The position numbers and the translations under genes are program-made. Shown here one piece after another: positions 28,871-37,903 of a stretch of DNA of 53,865 nt. Origin of the DNA: an uncultured Gammaproteobacteria bacterium (GTDB lineage Bacteria; Patescibacteriota; Microgenomatia; Daviesbacterales; UBA10151). The notes under the pieces are model-generated. The model was not told the DNA's origin, ran no database searches, and saw nothing but the letters and a program-made list of their open reading frames with translations. The stretch lies in the NCBI GenBank assembly GCA_964504665.1, contig CAZDEH010000006.1, positions 1-53,865 of the forward strand, read 5' to 3'. How positions within the stretch are numbered: position 1 is the first letter of the stretch; each line of letters begins with the position of its first letter.

Positions 28871-30022
28871 ATGAAAATTTGGATTGATGGTTATGAAGCA
28901 AATGTTCCTCAAAGATTAGGTTCTTCACAAGTAGCCTTTAAACTTTTATGCCATCTGGAAAAAATAGATTATAAAAACGAATATACTGTTCTTTTACCAT
29001 TTTCTCCACTACAAGATTTACCAAAGGAGAGAAGTGGGTGGAATTATAAAATATTAAGGCCAAATAAACTCTGGACCAGAATTGCGCTCCCTTTTGCTTT
29101 ATATACTGCCAAGGTTAAACCGGATCTGATTTATTCACCTACCCACTACATTCCGCGTTTTTCGCCAGTAAAACGAATAGTAACAATTTTTGATCTTTCT
29201 TATTTACATTTTCCAGACATGATACCAAAAGGAGATTTATGGAAAATGGTGCATTGGGGCAAATTTTCTATCGAAAACTCTGATCATATTATAACAATTT
29301 CTAATTTTTCTCAGAAAGATATTATTAAAAATTATCATATTGATAAAGAAAGAATAACTGTTGCCTATCCTGGGTTTGATAGAGATGTTTTTAAACCAGT
29401 AAAAAATAATGATCAAATTGAACAGATAAAACAAAAATATAATATATCTGGAAAATACGTTATGTATATAGGAACCCTTCAGCCGAGGAAGAATCTGATC
29501 AGATTGATAGAGGCAATAAAACCAATCGAAGGACTTAAACTTGTCATTGTCGGAAAGACTAATGGACTTGGTAGACAAGGTTGGATGTTTGAAGAAATCT
29601 TAACTAAACCTAAAGCTTTAGGAATTGAAGAAAAAATTATTTTTACAGGTTTTATACCAACTCAAGAGCTACCGTATCTTTTATCTGGGGCTGAAACATT
29701 TATATTACCATCACTCTGGGAGGGTTTTGGCATACCTGTTGTTGAAGCTATGGCTTGTGGAACACCTGTAATAGTTTCAGATGTTTCATCTCTTCCGGAA
29801 GTGGTTGGAGAAGTAGGTATATTGGTTGATCCTAAATCTGTAACTCAAATTGAACAAGCCATTAGAGTAATTACAGTGGACAAAAAACTTAGAGAAAAAA
29901 AAGCTAAACAAGGACTCATTCAGGCGAGTAAGTTTTCCTGGGATAAAATGGCAAAAACAGTATTAAAGGTTTTTGAGCTCACTCACACTAAGTCTACATT
30001 AAGTAATACCGAAAAATTATGA
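28871..30022 (+). CDS. GT4 glycosyltransferase
   Basis: [43 protein letters not shown]. Confidence 0.88.
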   Translation: MKIWIDGYEANVPQRLGSSQVAFKLLCHLEKIDYKNEYTVLLPFSPLQDLPKERSGWNYKILRPNKLWTRIALPFALYTAKVKPDLIYSPTHYIPRFSPVKRIVTIFDLSYLHFPDMIPKGDLWKMVHWGKFSIENSDHIITISNFSQKDIIKNYHIDKERITVAYPGFDRDVFKPVKNNDQIEQIKQKYNISGKYVMYIGTLQPRKNLIRLIEAIKPIEGLKLVIVGKTNGLGRQGWMFEEILTKPKALGIEEKIIFTGFIPTQELPYLLSGAETFILPSLWEGFGIPVVEAMACGTPVIVSDVSSLPEVVGEVGILVDPKSVTQIEQAIRVITVDKKLREKKAKQGLIQASKFSWDKMAKTVLKVFELTHTKSTLSNTEKL

Positions 30023-30921
30023 CGAAAATATCAATAGTTATTCCCTATTGGAATGGAGCAGAAAAAATACAAAGATATTTACCTGATGTTTTAAAATTTG
30101 CACGTACCAATAATGTTGAAGAGGTTATTGCTTCAGATGATAGTTCCACTGATGATACTGTGCAACTTCTGAAAAATGAATTCCCGGATGTTGTGGTTAT
30201 TGAGAGGGAGCATAACGAAGGTTTTTCATCAAACGTTAATACCGGATTTTCTAAGGCGAAAGGGGATTTTGTTTTTCTCATAAATAGTGATGCGATGCCA
30301 GGGGAAGCAGTTTTTAAATATGCCATGCCACATTTTGACGACAAGAGAGTTTTTAGTGTGGGTTGTAATACAGGGGGGCTTTGGGCTATTGGTGGATTTA
30401 AAAATGGATTCTTTTGGCACGATCAGGCACGCAAGGCTGGTCCTTGCGAGGCTACAGTACACCAAACGCTTTGGGTATCAGGGGGTTCAGGTGTTTTCCG
30501 TAAATCAATGTGGGATAAAATGGGTGGTTTGGATGAATTATATAATCCGTTTTATGTAGAAGATCTCGATCTTGGGTATCGGGCAACAAAACGAGGATAT
30601 ATAAATATTTGGGAACCTAAAAGTAAAGTAGATCATTACACCGAAAAAGGAGTGATAGAAAGCAATTTTTCTCGCGATAAAATTAATTATACAGCAGAAA
30701 GAAATATGCTGATTTTTATTTGGAAAAATATAACCAACGAGAAATTGATTAGTGATCATAAATTAGCTTTAACAAAACGGCTATTTTCTCATCCTAAATA
30801 TTGGTTGGTATTTTTAGCAGCCCTGCGTCAATATCCAGCAATTATGAGAAAAAGGGAAATAGAGAAACAAGAAGCTAAACTATCTGATGAAGAAATTTTT
30901 GGTATTTTTGAAGGCGTTTAG
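30019..30921 (+). CDS. Family 2 glycosyltransferase
   Basis: ISIVIPYWNGAEKIQ, IASDDSSTDDTV, HNEGFSSNVNTG, LINSDAMP and FYVEDLDLGYRATKRG. There is an ATGA overlap with the upstream gene. Confidence 0.85.
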   Translation: MTKISIVIPYWNGAEKIQRYLPDVLKFARTNNVEEVIASDDSSTDDTVQLLKNEFPDVVVIEREHNEGFSSNVNTGFSKAKGDFVFLINSDAMPGEAVFKYAMPHFDDKRVFSVGCNTGGLWAIGGFKNGFFWHDQARKAGPCEATVHQTLWVSGGSGVFRKSMWDKMGGLDELYNPFYVEDLDLGYRATKRGYINIWEPKSKVDHYTEKGVIESNFSRDKINYTAERNMLIFIWKNITNEKLISDHKLALTKRLFSHPKYWLVFLAALRQYPAIMRKREIEKQEAKLSDEEIFGIFEGV

Positions 30922-30936
30922 TATATAATTTATAAG

Positions 30937-31539
30937 ATGAGTATTTTTAAAGATAAAATGGGAAAAGATTTAAATTCTGCCCAAGCTTTTAAAAAAATTA
31001 TTAATCGGTTATATAATTATATTATTGATATAGAATTATTATTCGTCCGTCTGGCAGGCTTTATACCCATACACACTTTTCGTTGGTTAATATATAGAGC
31101 AGCAGGAGTAAAAATTCCATTTGGTTCTCATATTCACATGGGGGCTCAGTTTTTTTATCCTGCAGGAGTTGAGATAGGGAATGATTCAATTATAGGACAA
31201 GGAGTATTTTTGGATGGAAGAGCTAACCTGAAAATTGGGAGTCATGTAGATATTGCCTCAGATGTGATGATTTATAATTCCGAACATGATATTAATGCTG
31301 AAGATTTTCATGCTGTAAATGGAGAAGTGGAAATAGGAGATTATGTTTTTATCGGACCAAGGGTCATTATTTTGCCTGGGGTGAAAGTTGGTAAAGGAGC
31401 TGTGATAGCAGCAGGTGCGGTAGTTACTAAAAATGTTTCGGAGTATGCCATCGTTGGAGGAGTACCCGCTAAAGTTATTGGGGAAAGAAACGCTAAGGAT
31501 TTACATTATAAGTTAGGAAGAGCAAGACTGTTCCAATAA
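30937..31539 (+). CDS. Hexapeptide-repeat (LbH) O-acetyltransferase with an N-terminal hydrophobic segment
   Basis: Hexapeptide repeats run through VEIGNDSIIGQGVFLDGRANLKIGSHVDIASDVMIY..VEIGDYVFIGPRVIILPGVKVGKGAVIAAGAVVTKNV..IVGGVPAKVIG. Confidence 0.8.
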   Translation: MSIFKDKMGKDLNSAQAFKKIINRLYNYIIDIELLFVRLAGFIPIHTFRWLIYRAAGVKIPFGSHIHMGAQFFYPAGVEIGNDSIIGQGVFLDGRANLKIGSHVDIASDVMIYNSEHDINAEDFHAVNGEVEIGDYVFIGPRVIILPGVKVGKGAVIAAGAVVTKNVSEYAIVGGVPAKVIGERNAKDLHYKLGRARLFQ

Positions 31540-31543
31540 AACA

Positions 31544-32095
31544 ATGCGCAGAACTATTTTTTTGTTTTTTTCATTTATTTTATTGCTCTATTTATTAATA
31601 CCAGGTCCATCCTCCATTAAAGATTTTCCTACATTACCCAGTTCAGTTAAATCAAATCTTGAGGGGGATACCATCCAAGTCCCTAATATTTCTGCCTATT
31701 TCTCTGATAATTACCGATCATTTGCCACTAATTTCTATAAAAATAGCTACGAAAACAGTGTATTAATGCCTTTGCTACCAATTCGACTAAATTATCCCCC
31801 GGAATTTGCATATATGGCTATTATGGATCAAACAAGGAGCACATATCTTGAAGAATACATCTACCCGCTTCGAGATTCTCTTTATGTTAATGGTTATGAG
31901 CCATTTTATGAAAATGGTAAACCTAAGTTCTGGGGTTCAGTGAAGGCTGATGAGGAAAATGGAACTTATTTTAATAAGACGACTTTAAGATATTATCCGT
32001 CATCCTATCTTGTAAGAGTAATAGTTTGGTTAGGAATAATACTATCAATTTCTTTTATCTGGAAAGTAGGAAGGAGAATTTTTCTTAATGGTTGA
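31544..32095 (+). CDS. Hypothetical bitopic membrane protein (TM helices at both ends, extracytoplasmic middle)
   Basis: 183 aa. The N-terminal helix is IFLFFSFILLLYLLI and the C-terminal helix is VIVWLGIILSISFIW. The gene is tightly packed between its neighbours. Confidence 0.5.
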   Translation: MRRTIFLFFSFILLLYLLIPGPSSIKDFPTLPSSVKSNLEGDTIQVPNISAYFSDNYRSFATNFYKNSYENSVLMPLLPIRLNYPPEFAYMAIMDQTRSTYLEEYIYPLRDSLYVNGYEPFYENGKPKFWGSVKADEENGTYFNKTTLRYYPSSYLVRVIVWLGIILSISFIWKVGRRIFLNG

Positions 32096-32981
32096 TCTTG
32101 CAATTATTGTCGTGAATTATAGAACTAAAGAACTTACTCAAAAATGTTTGAGATCTATATATAATAGTAAACCAAAAAATAAATTCGAAGTATGGGTGGT
32201 TGATAACAATTCTTCTGATAATTCTTTAGTAGTACTTAAAAAAGAATTTCCTCAAGTTAACATGATTGAAAGCGATAAAAATTTAGGATTTTCCGGAGGA
32301 AATAATCTGGTATTAAAAAAGGCTAAGGCAAAATATTATTTACTTCTTAACTCTGATACCGAAATTAGAGGGCATGCTTTAGAGAATCTCTGTGAGTTTG
32401 CAGAAACTTCTGATTTTGGGATAATGTCCTGTAAATTGTTAAACTACGATGGTAGTTTCCAACCTAATGGAGGTGAGCTACCAACTATTTTCCCGTTATT
32501 CTTTTGGTTATCCGGTCTCGATGACATTTTTAGAAAGTTTCTTAATATTCCATCTTACCAATCCAGAGGCAAGGAATATTATATAGATAATAAACAAATT
32601 GGTTGGGTATCAGGGTCAGTCATGTTAATAAAAAATGAGGTAATGGAGAAAATAGGTTTATTGGACGACCAAATCTTTATGTATGGAGAAGATGTGGAAT
32701 ACTGCTTTAGAGCAAACCGGGTTGGATTTAAAGTCGGGTGGACTGATCAAGCTGAAGTAATGCATTTAGGAGGAGTTAGTTCTAAAACTCCTCAATATAA
32801 TCAATGGATAGGGGAATTCAAGGGTTTAATTTATATTTATCATAAGTTTTTTGGCTCTTTTATGGCTTTTCTCCTTAAAACGCTGATGTATGTTTTTATT
32901 GTAGCAAGAATAATTGGTTTCTTAATTGTTGGTAAAATATTGTACTCACGTACTTATGCAAAAATTTTTGTCAATCTCTGA
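32088..32981 (+). CDS. Family 2 glycosyltransferase
   Basis: LAIIVVNYRTKELTQKCL, WVVDNNSSDNS, NLGFSGGNN, LLNSDTEI and MYGEDVEYCFR. Confidence 0.88.
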   Translation: MVDLAIIVVNYRTKELTQKCLRSIYNSKPKNKFEVWVVDNNSSDNSLVVLKKEFPQVNMIESDKNLGFSGGNNLVLKKAKAKYYLLLNSDTEIRGHALENLCEFAETSDFGIMSCKLLNYDGSFQPNGGELPTIFPLFFWLSGLDDIFRKFLNIPSYQSRGKEYYIDNKQIGWVSGSVMLIKNEVMEKIGLLDDQIFMYGEDVEYCFRANRVGFKVGWTDQAEVMHLGGVSSKTPQYNQWIGEFKGLIYIYHKFFGSFMAFLLKTLMYVFIVARIIGFLIVGKILYSRTYAKIFVNL

Positions 32982-34368
32982 AAAAAGTTTTTTTTGGGTA
33001 GTACTATTTTTAGTGGTATTTATTCCGTTATACCCTAAATTTCCTTTAATGAATGTTAACGGAACTTTTGTTGCTATTAGGGTAGAGGATATTATGATTG
33101 CAATAGCACTTGGTTGGTGGGCTATCTATATATATTTTTCTAAACAAGTTACAAAAATTCTTTCAAATAGATTAAATCAGGCTTTAATTTTATTTTTTTT
33201 CATCGGAGGAATCTCGCTTTTTTCAGGTATATTTTTAACAAAAACTATCAGTTTAAATTTAGCTATATTTCATTTTTTGAGAAGAATTGAGCTAATGATG
33301 TTATTGCCAGTTGCTTATCAAGCCATTATCTCCAGGAAACAGATAAAATTGTTACTAATAACATTGTCGATGGTACTCTTTATTGCTAATCTTTATGCCT
33401 TAGGTCAGAAATACCTAGGCTGGCCTGTTATTTCAACAAATAACTCAGAATTTTCGAAAGGATTAATTTTATATCTTAGTCCAGATGCTAGGGTAAGCTC
33501 TACTTTTGCAGGTCATTATGATTTTGCTATATATCTAGCTGTAAGCATTGTAATAATCTCTGCCCTGATATTTACTAATAAAAAACTACTTGTTCTTATC
33601 TGGCAAGGCGTTTTGTTGTGTTTATCATTTTTCACTTTAGTTTTAACGGCAGCCAGATTATCTTTTGCCGCTGTTTTAATGGGAATAGTTGTATCCTTGT
33701 TGCTTAGCGGTAAAAGGTTGTTTATTTTTCTAGTAATTGGAGCTGGTATTATTGTATTAATTTACCCTTCTCAGTTGCGGGATCGTCTTATCTCAACAGT
33801 TACAATAAATATATTACAAGAAGGGGATCGTTATACAGCAGAAACGGATATACAAGAAGAGAGAAGCCAACTTAATATCCCCACTCTGCCCCATGAAGAT
33901 TCAACCGATTCTGCGGAAATGGTTAAAACAACTGGTATCCCGTCAGATATTACACCTGGGGAACCGACTGACTATTCACAAATGGCTGTATACCGATCAT
34001 CAAGAATAAGATTTTATTACGAGTGGCCACGTGCAATCCGAGCATTTATTAAAAATCCGTTTTTAGGTACAGGATACTCTTCCTTGGGTTTAGCAACGGA
34101 TAACGATTTTTTAAGATCATTGGGAGAAGTTGGGTTACTGGGAACAATTGCTTTCTTTTTAATATTGGTTGAGATAACTAAAATTATTTGGAGTAATTTT
34201 AGATTTTTTTCGGATAAATTATTAAGATATTTCTCTATAGGGTTACTTAGTATGATCGTAGTGTTATTCATTAACAGCATGTTTATTGATGTCTTTGAGG
34301 CATCTAAAATTGCAACATTGTTTTGGATAATTGCAGGAGTGGGTGTATCTATGGAAAAACTTAAATGA
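32956..34368 (+). CDS. O-antigen ligase / Wzy-like polymerase family membrane protein
   Basis: Multi-TM with a large late loop, followed by FIKNPFLGTGYSSLGLATDNDFLRSLGEVGLLG (Wzy_C-like). The track ORF begins at a TTG (32926). The ATG at 32956 is the more likely start. Confidence 0.68.
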   Translation: MQKFLSISEKSFFWVVLFLVVFIPLYPKFPLMNVNGTFVAIRVEDIMIAIALGWWAIYIYFSKQVTKILSNRLNQALILFFFIGGISLFSGIFLTKTISLNLAIFHFLRRIELMMLLPVAYQAIISRKQIKLLLITLSMVLFIANLYALGQKYLGWPVISTNNSEFSKGLILYLSPDARVSSTFAGHYDFAIYLAVSIVIISALIFTNKKLLVLIWQGVLLCLSFFTLVLTAARLSFAAVLMGIVVSLLLSGKRLFIFLVIGAGIIVLIYPSQLRDRLISTVTINILQEGDRYTAETDIQEERSQLNIPTLPHEDSTDSAEMVKTTGIPSDITPGEPTDYSQMAVYRSSRIRFYYEWPRAIRAFIKNPFLGTGYSSLGLATDNDFLRSLGEVGLLGTIAFFLILVEITKIIWSNFRFFSDKLLRYFSIGLLSMIVVLFINSMFIDVFEASKIATLFWIIAGVGVSMEKLK

Positions 34369-35834
34369 AAATAATTAAAAATCCTCTCTTCTGGTTAGGG
34401 ATTATATTAATAATAGGTTTTGTTGTTCGTTTATATAAAATAGATACACCTCTCGCTGATTGGCATTCTTGGAGACAAGCTGATACTGCTGCTGTTGCAA
34501 GGAATTTTTTCAAAGAAGGCTACACTCCATTTATTCCTAAATACGATGATATGTCCGGTGTGGCAGAAAATCCCGTTCCCAACCCTAACAGGTATCGTTT
34601 TGTGGAGTTTCCGATCTACAATAGCTTAATTTATTTTTCGTACATAATTAATGGTGGAGTAGATATTAAGTTAGCAAGGTTTATTTCTATATTAATGTCA
34701 CTAGGATCAATTACATTTCTATATTTAATTGTAAGGAGGCAATGGGATACACTCACCGGTTTAATTTCAGCTTTAGTTTTTGCTATTTTGCCATATAATA
34801 TTTTTTATTCCAGGGTAATTTTACCGGAACCCACTCTCATTTTTTTCTCATTGGGGATGTTATACTTTACAGATTTATGGATTTGGAAAAATAGCCGAGG
34901 GTTTTATTTTCTATCTATTTTTTTTACAGCTTGTGCTTTCTTGATAAAGCCGGTTGCCATATTCTACTTATTACCTTTAATTTATTCATATTGCAAAAAA
35001 GAAGGAAAATTATGGCCAATTCCCAGACGATACTATTTATGGATAGTATTATCGTTTATGCCTTTTGTGGCTTGGAGGATGTGGATGTTAAATTTTCCGG
35101 AAGGTATTCCCGCTTCAAACTGGTTATTTAATGGAAATCATATTAGATTCAGACCTGCTTTTTGGAGGTGGATATTTGGTGATCGCTTAGGAAGGGAAAT
35201 CTTAACAATGGCAGGTACTTTCCTCTTCTTCTTTGGATTAATCAAACAGCCAGATAAAGGAGGGTATCTGTTGCATCTGCTTGCGCTATCATCTTTTTTG
35301 TATCTCTTTATTTTTGCAACAGGTAATGTTACTCATGATTATTATCAGACTCTAATTGTTCCTGCTTTGTCAATTTTTGTGGCTTACGGACTTATTAATC
35401 TTTTCCGGGGTTTTAACGGAATTATTCCACGTTTATATACGATTCCTCTAGGATTATTAATGCTTTCTCTAACTTTATATTTAGGGTGGTATGAAATTAA
35501 AGGATTATATCAAATAAATAACGGAGTAATTGTTGAAGCAGGTGAGTTTGCAGATAAAATTTTGCCGAAAAGTGCAATAGTAGTAGCTCCATATGGAGGG
35601 GATACTGCTTTTTTATATCAAACCAACCGTCACGGATTTGCATATTCAGTTCTTCCTGTTGTTGATTTAGTCAAAACTTACGGAGTCCATTATTATATTT
35701 CAGTTGATTATAATGATAAAACAAATTGGGTGATACGAAATTTTAAGGTTATAGAAAAAAATCCAAAATTTGTCATTGCAGATTTAACAGAACCAATTGT
35801 CACACCTGGGGCTACTTTGGAAAAAGAACCGTAA
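34365..35834 (+). CDS. GT-C glycosyltransferase candidate (ArnT/GT39-like)
   Basis: 489 aa and multi-TM. The first-loop motif is LADWHSWRQADTAAVARNF. There is an ATGA overlap with the upstream gene. Confidence 0.62.
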   Translation: MKIIKNPLFWLGIILIIGFVVRLYKIDTPLADWHSWRQADTAAVARNFFKEGYTPFIPKYDDMSGVAENPVPNPNRYRFVEFPIYNSLIYFSYIINGGVDIKLARFISILMSLGSITFLYLIVRRQWDTLTGLISALVFAILPYNIFYSRVILPEPTLIFFSLGMLYFTDLWIWKNSRGFYFLSIFFTACAFLIKPVAIFYLLPLIYSYCKKEGKLWPIPRRYYLWIVLSFMPFVAWRMWMLNFPEGIPASNWLFNGNHIRFRPAFWRWIFGDRLGREILTMAGTFLFFFGLIKQPDKGGYLLHLLALSSFLYLFIFATGNVTHDYYQTLIVPALSIFVAYGLINLFRGFNGIIPRLYTIPLGLLMLSLTLYLGWYEIKGLYQINNGVIVEAGEFADKILPKSAIVVAPYGGDTAFLYQTNRHGFAYSVLPVVDLVKTYGVHYYISVDYNDKTNWVIRNFKVIEKNPKFVIADLTEPIVTPGATLEKEP

Positions 35835-35841
35835 TAATACA

Positions 35842-37038
35842 ATGAAGATATTAATGTTAACACCGTATTTACCATACCCCCCATCTTCGGGTGGTCAAAT
35901 CCGTTCTTATAATTTAATCAAGCAGTTATCTAAAAAACATGAAATTACTCTTTATTCTTTAATAAAAGCTGATGGTGAGAGACAGTATGTTTCAGAACTT
36001 CAGAAATATTGTAAAAAAGTAAAAATTTTCAAGAGACCCCAAAAACCATGGACTCCAACAAATATAATCAGGACCGCAATTAGTCTTTACCCTTTTTTAG
36101 TGATAAGAAACTATTCGCCGGAAGAGAAAGCTGATATCACTAAAACTTTAGCCAATGAAAATTTTGACCTTATTCATGCAGAAACATTCTATGTCAGTCC
36201 TCATATTCCTAAGACTAATATTCCAATGGTTCTGGTTGATCAAACAATTGAATATCAGGTGTATCAACATTATGTGGAGACATTTAGATGGTTTTTTTTA
36301 AAGCCAATTCTTTGGATTGATGTCTTAAAAATAAAATATTGGGAAAAATATTTTTGGAAAAAAGCCAAAAAAGTAATAGCTGTTTCCGAATCAGACGCAA
36401 AAAAGATGAGACAGCTAGTACCCGGTTTAAGTGTATCTGTGATCCCCAATGGAGTAGGGGAGGATTTAATGGAGGATCTACCTCTTCACTATTCAAGGAC
36501 GATTCTTTTTATAGGTAACTATGCTTGGTTACAAAATATTGAAGCTGCACGTATTTTAGCAAAACAGGTGTTCCCGATCATAAAAAATAAGGTTAGTGAT
36601 GCTAAACTAATTATTGTTGGTCAATATACGGATAAAATTGCAGATCTTAAATCTCCTGATATTAAGCTAATTAATTTAGGACTTAATGATATTGATGGCG
36701 TAAAGAAAGCTTACCAGACAAGCGGAATATTAGTCGCTCCCTTATACGGTCCGGGAGGAACCAGGTTGAAAATCCTAGGTGCTATGGCAGCAAAATTACC
36801 AGTGGTGACCACTAATGTAGGTATAGAGGGGACTGAGGCCTTAAACGGAAAGCATGTTCTATACGGAGAAAATCCGGAGATTTTGGCAAACTTAGCAGTG
36901 GAACTTCTTTTAGACAAAGAGAAGTATTATAAAATCGCAATTAACGCCAGAAAATTAGTTGAAGAGAAGTATTCTTATTCATCTATTGCAGACAAGATGG
37001 ATAATATTTACAGAGAAGTGCGAAAAGATGAAAAGTAA
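35842..37038 (+). CDS. GT4 glycosyltransferase
   Basis: The typical GT4 N-terminus MKILMLTPYLPYPPSSGGQIR starts at the ATG at 35842. The track ORF start at 35797 overlaps the previous gene and is likely a spurious extension. Confidence 0.85.
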   Translation: MKILMLTPYLPYPPSSGGQIRSYNLIKQLSKKHEITLYSLIKADGERQYVSELQKYCKKVKIFKRPQKPWTPTNIIRTAISLYPFLVIRNYSPEEKADITKTLANENFDLIHAETFYVSPHIPKTNIPMVLVDQTIEYQVYQHYVETFRWFFLKPILWIDVLKIKYWEKYFWKKAKKVIAVSESDAKKMRQLVPGLSVSVIPNGVGEDLMEDLPLHYSRTILFIGNYAWLQNIEAARILAKQVFPIIKNKVSDAKLIIVGQYTDKIADLKSPDIKLINLGLNDIDGVKKAYQTSGILVAPLYGPGGTRLKILGAMAAKLPVVTTNVGIEGTEALNGKHVLYGENPEILANLAVELLLDKEKYYKIAINARKLVEEKYSYSSIADKMDNIYREVRKDEK

Positions 37039-37903
37039 AGTATCTGTCGTTTTAGTAAATTATAACTCGGGAGATTACTTAATAGGTTGTCTTAGATCTT
37101 TGATGAGGGAGGAGAAAGACTTAGATTTGGATATTTGGGTAGTGGATAATGCCTCAAATGATAATAGTATAAAAAATTCTAAAAAAATATTTCCAAATAT
37201 TAATTGCTTGATTAACAAAGAAAATGTAGGATTTACTAAAGCTAACAATCAGGCATTAGCAAAAATTCAAAACGAATATATTTTAATTCTTAACCCTGAT
37301 ACCAAAGTGTTGCCGGGAACTTTAAGTTATATGTTGAAGTTTATGGAAGATAATCCAACGGTTGGTGCGGCAACCTGCAGGGTAGAGCTTGCTAACGGTT
37401 TACTTGACTGGAGTTCTCACAGGGGATTCCCGACCCCTATAGCTGCTTTCTTCTATTATTTTTTGGGAAATGATAAATACTATCATTTAAGCGATCGGGA
37501 TATGGAAAATATTCACGAGGTTGATGGCATCACAGGAGCCTTTTTTTTAACACGAAAATCAGTTTTAGATAAGGTTGGATTATTTGATAAAGACTATTTT
37601 ATGTATGCGGAAGATCTTGACCTTTGTTTCAGAATCAAGAAAGCTGGGTATAAAATTATATTTATACCGAGTGTAAAAATTATTCATTATAAAGGCATTT
37701 CTTCAGGAATAAAAGAACATAGTCAGAATTTATCGCAGGCAACGGAAACTGTAAAAATTAAGGCTTTTAATGCTTTTTATGAAACTATGAAGATTTTTTA
37801 CCGAAAGAATTTAGCTTATCGATATCCATTTTTTGTTAATTGGTTAGTTTATTTAGGGATAAATTTAAAATGGGCAATAGCTAAAAGGAAACTTCAGGTA
37901 TGA
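37028..37903 (+). CDS. Family 2 glycosyltransferase
   Basis: From the ATG at 37028 the protein reads MKSKVSVVLVNYNSGDYL. It also has WVVDNASNDNS, NVGFTKANN, ILNPDTKV and MYAEDLDLCFR. Confidence 0.88.
   Translation: MKSKVSVVLVNYNSGDYLIGCLRSLMREEKDLDLDIWVVDNASNDNSIKNSKKIFPNINCLINKENVGFTKANNQALAKIQNEYILILNPDTKVLPGTLSYMLKFMEDNPTVGAATCRVELANGLLDWSSHRGFPTPIAAFFYYFLGNDKYYHLSDRDMENIHEVDGITGAFFLTRKSVLDKVGLFDKDYFMYAEDLDLCFRIKKAGYKIIFIPSVKIIHYKGISSGIKEHSQNLSQATETVKIKAFNAFYETMKIFYRKNLAYRYPFFVNWLVYLGINLKWAIAKRKLQV

Noticed and set aside
29237-30759. Nested ORFs 29237-29578, 30045-30344, 30229-30465, 30287-30559 and 30538-30759
   Set aside because: They lie inside GT4 and GT2 genes that have clear catalytic motifs. 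I treat them only as a symptom of locally higher G+C (see the finding on 30019-30921).
35797-35841. Upstream extensions of track ORFs: 35797 for the GT4, 36959 for the GT2 and 39912 for the GT4
   Set aside because: The extensions overlap the preceding gene, or antisense rsmH in the third case. They add non-homologous residues ahead of canonical family N-termini (MKILMLTPY.., MKSKVSVVLVNYN.., MKVALVHDD..). Internal ATGs at 35842, 37028 and 39960 are preferred.
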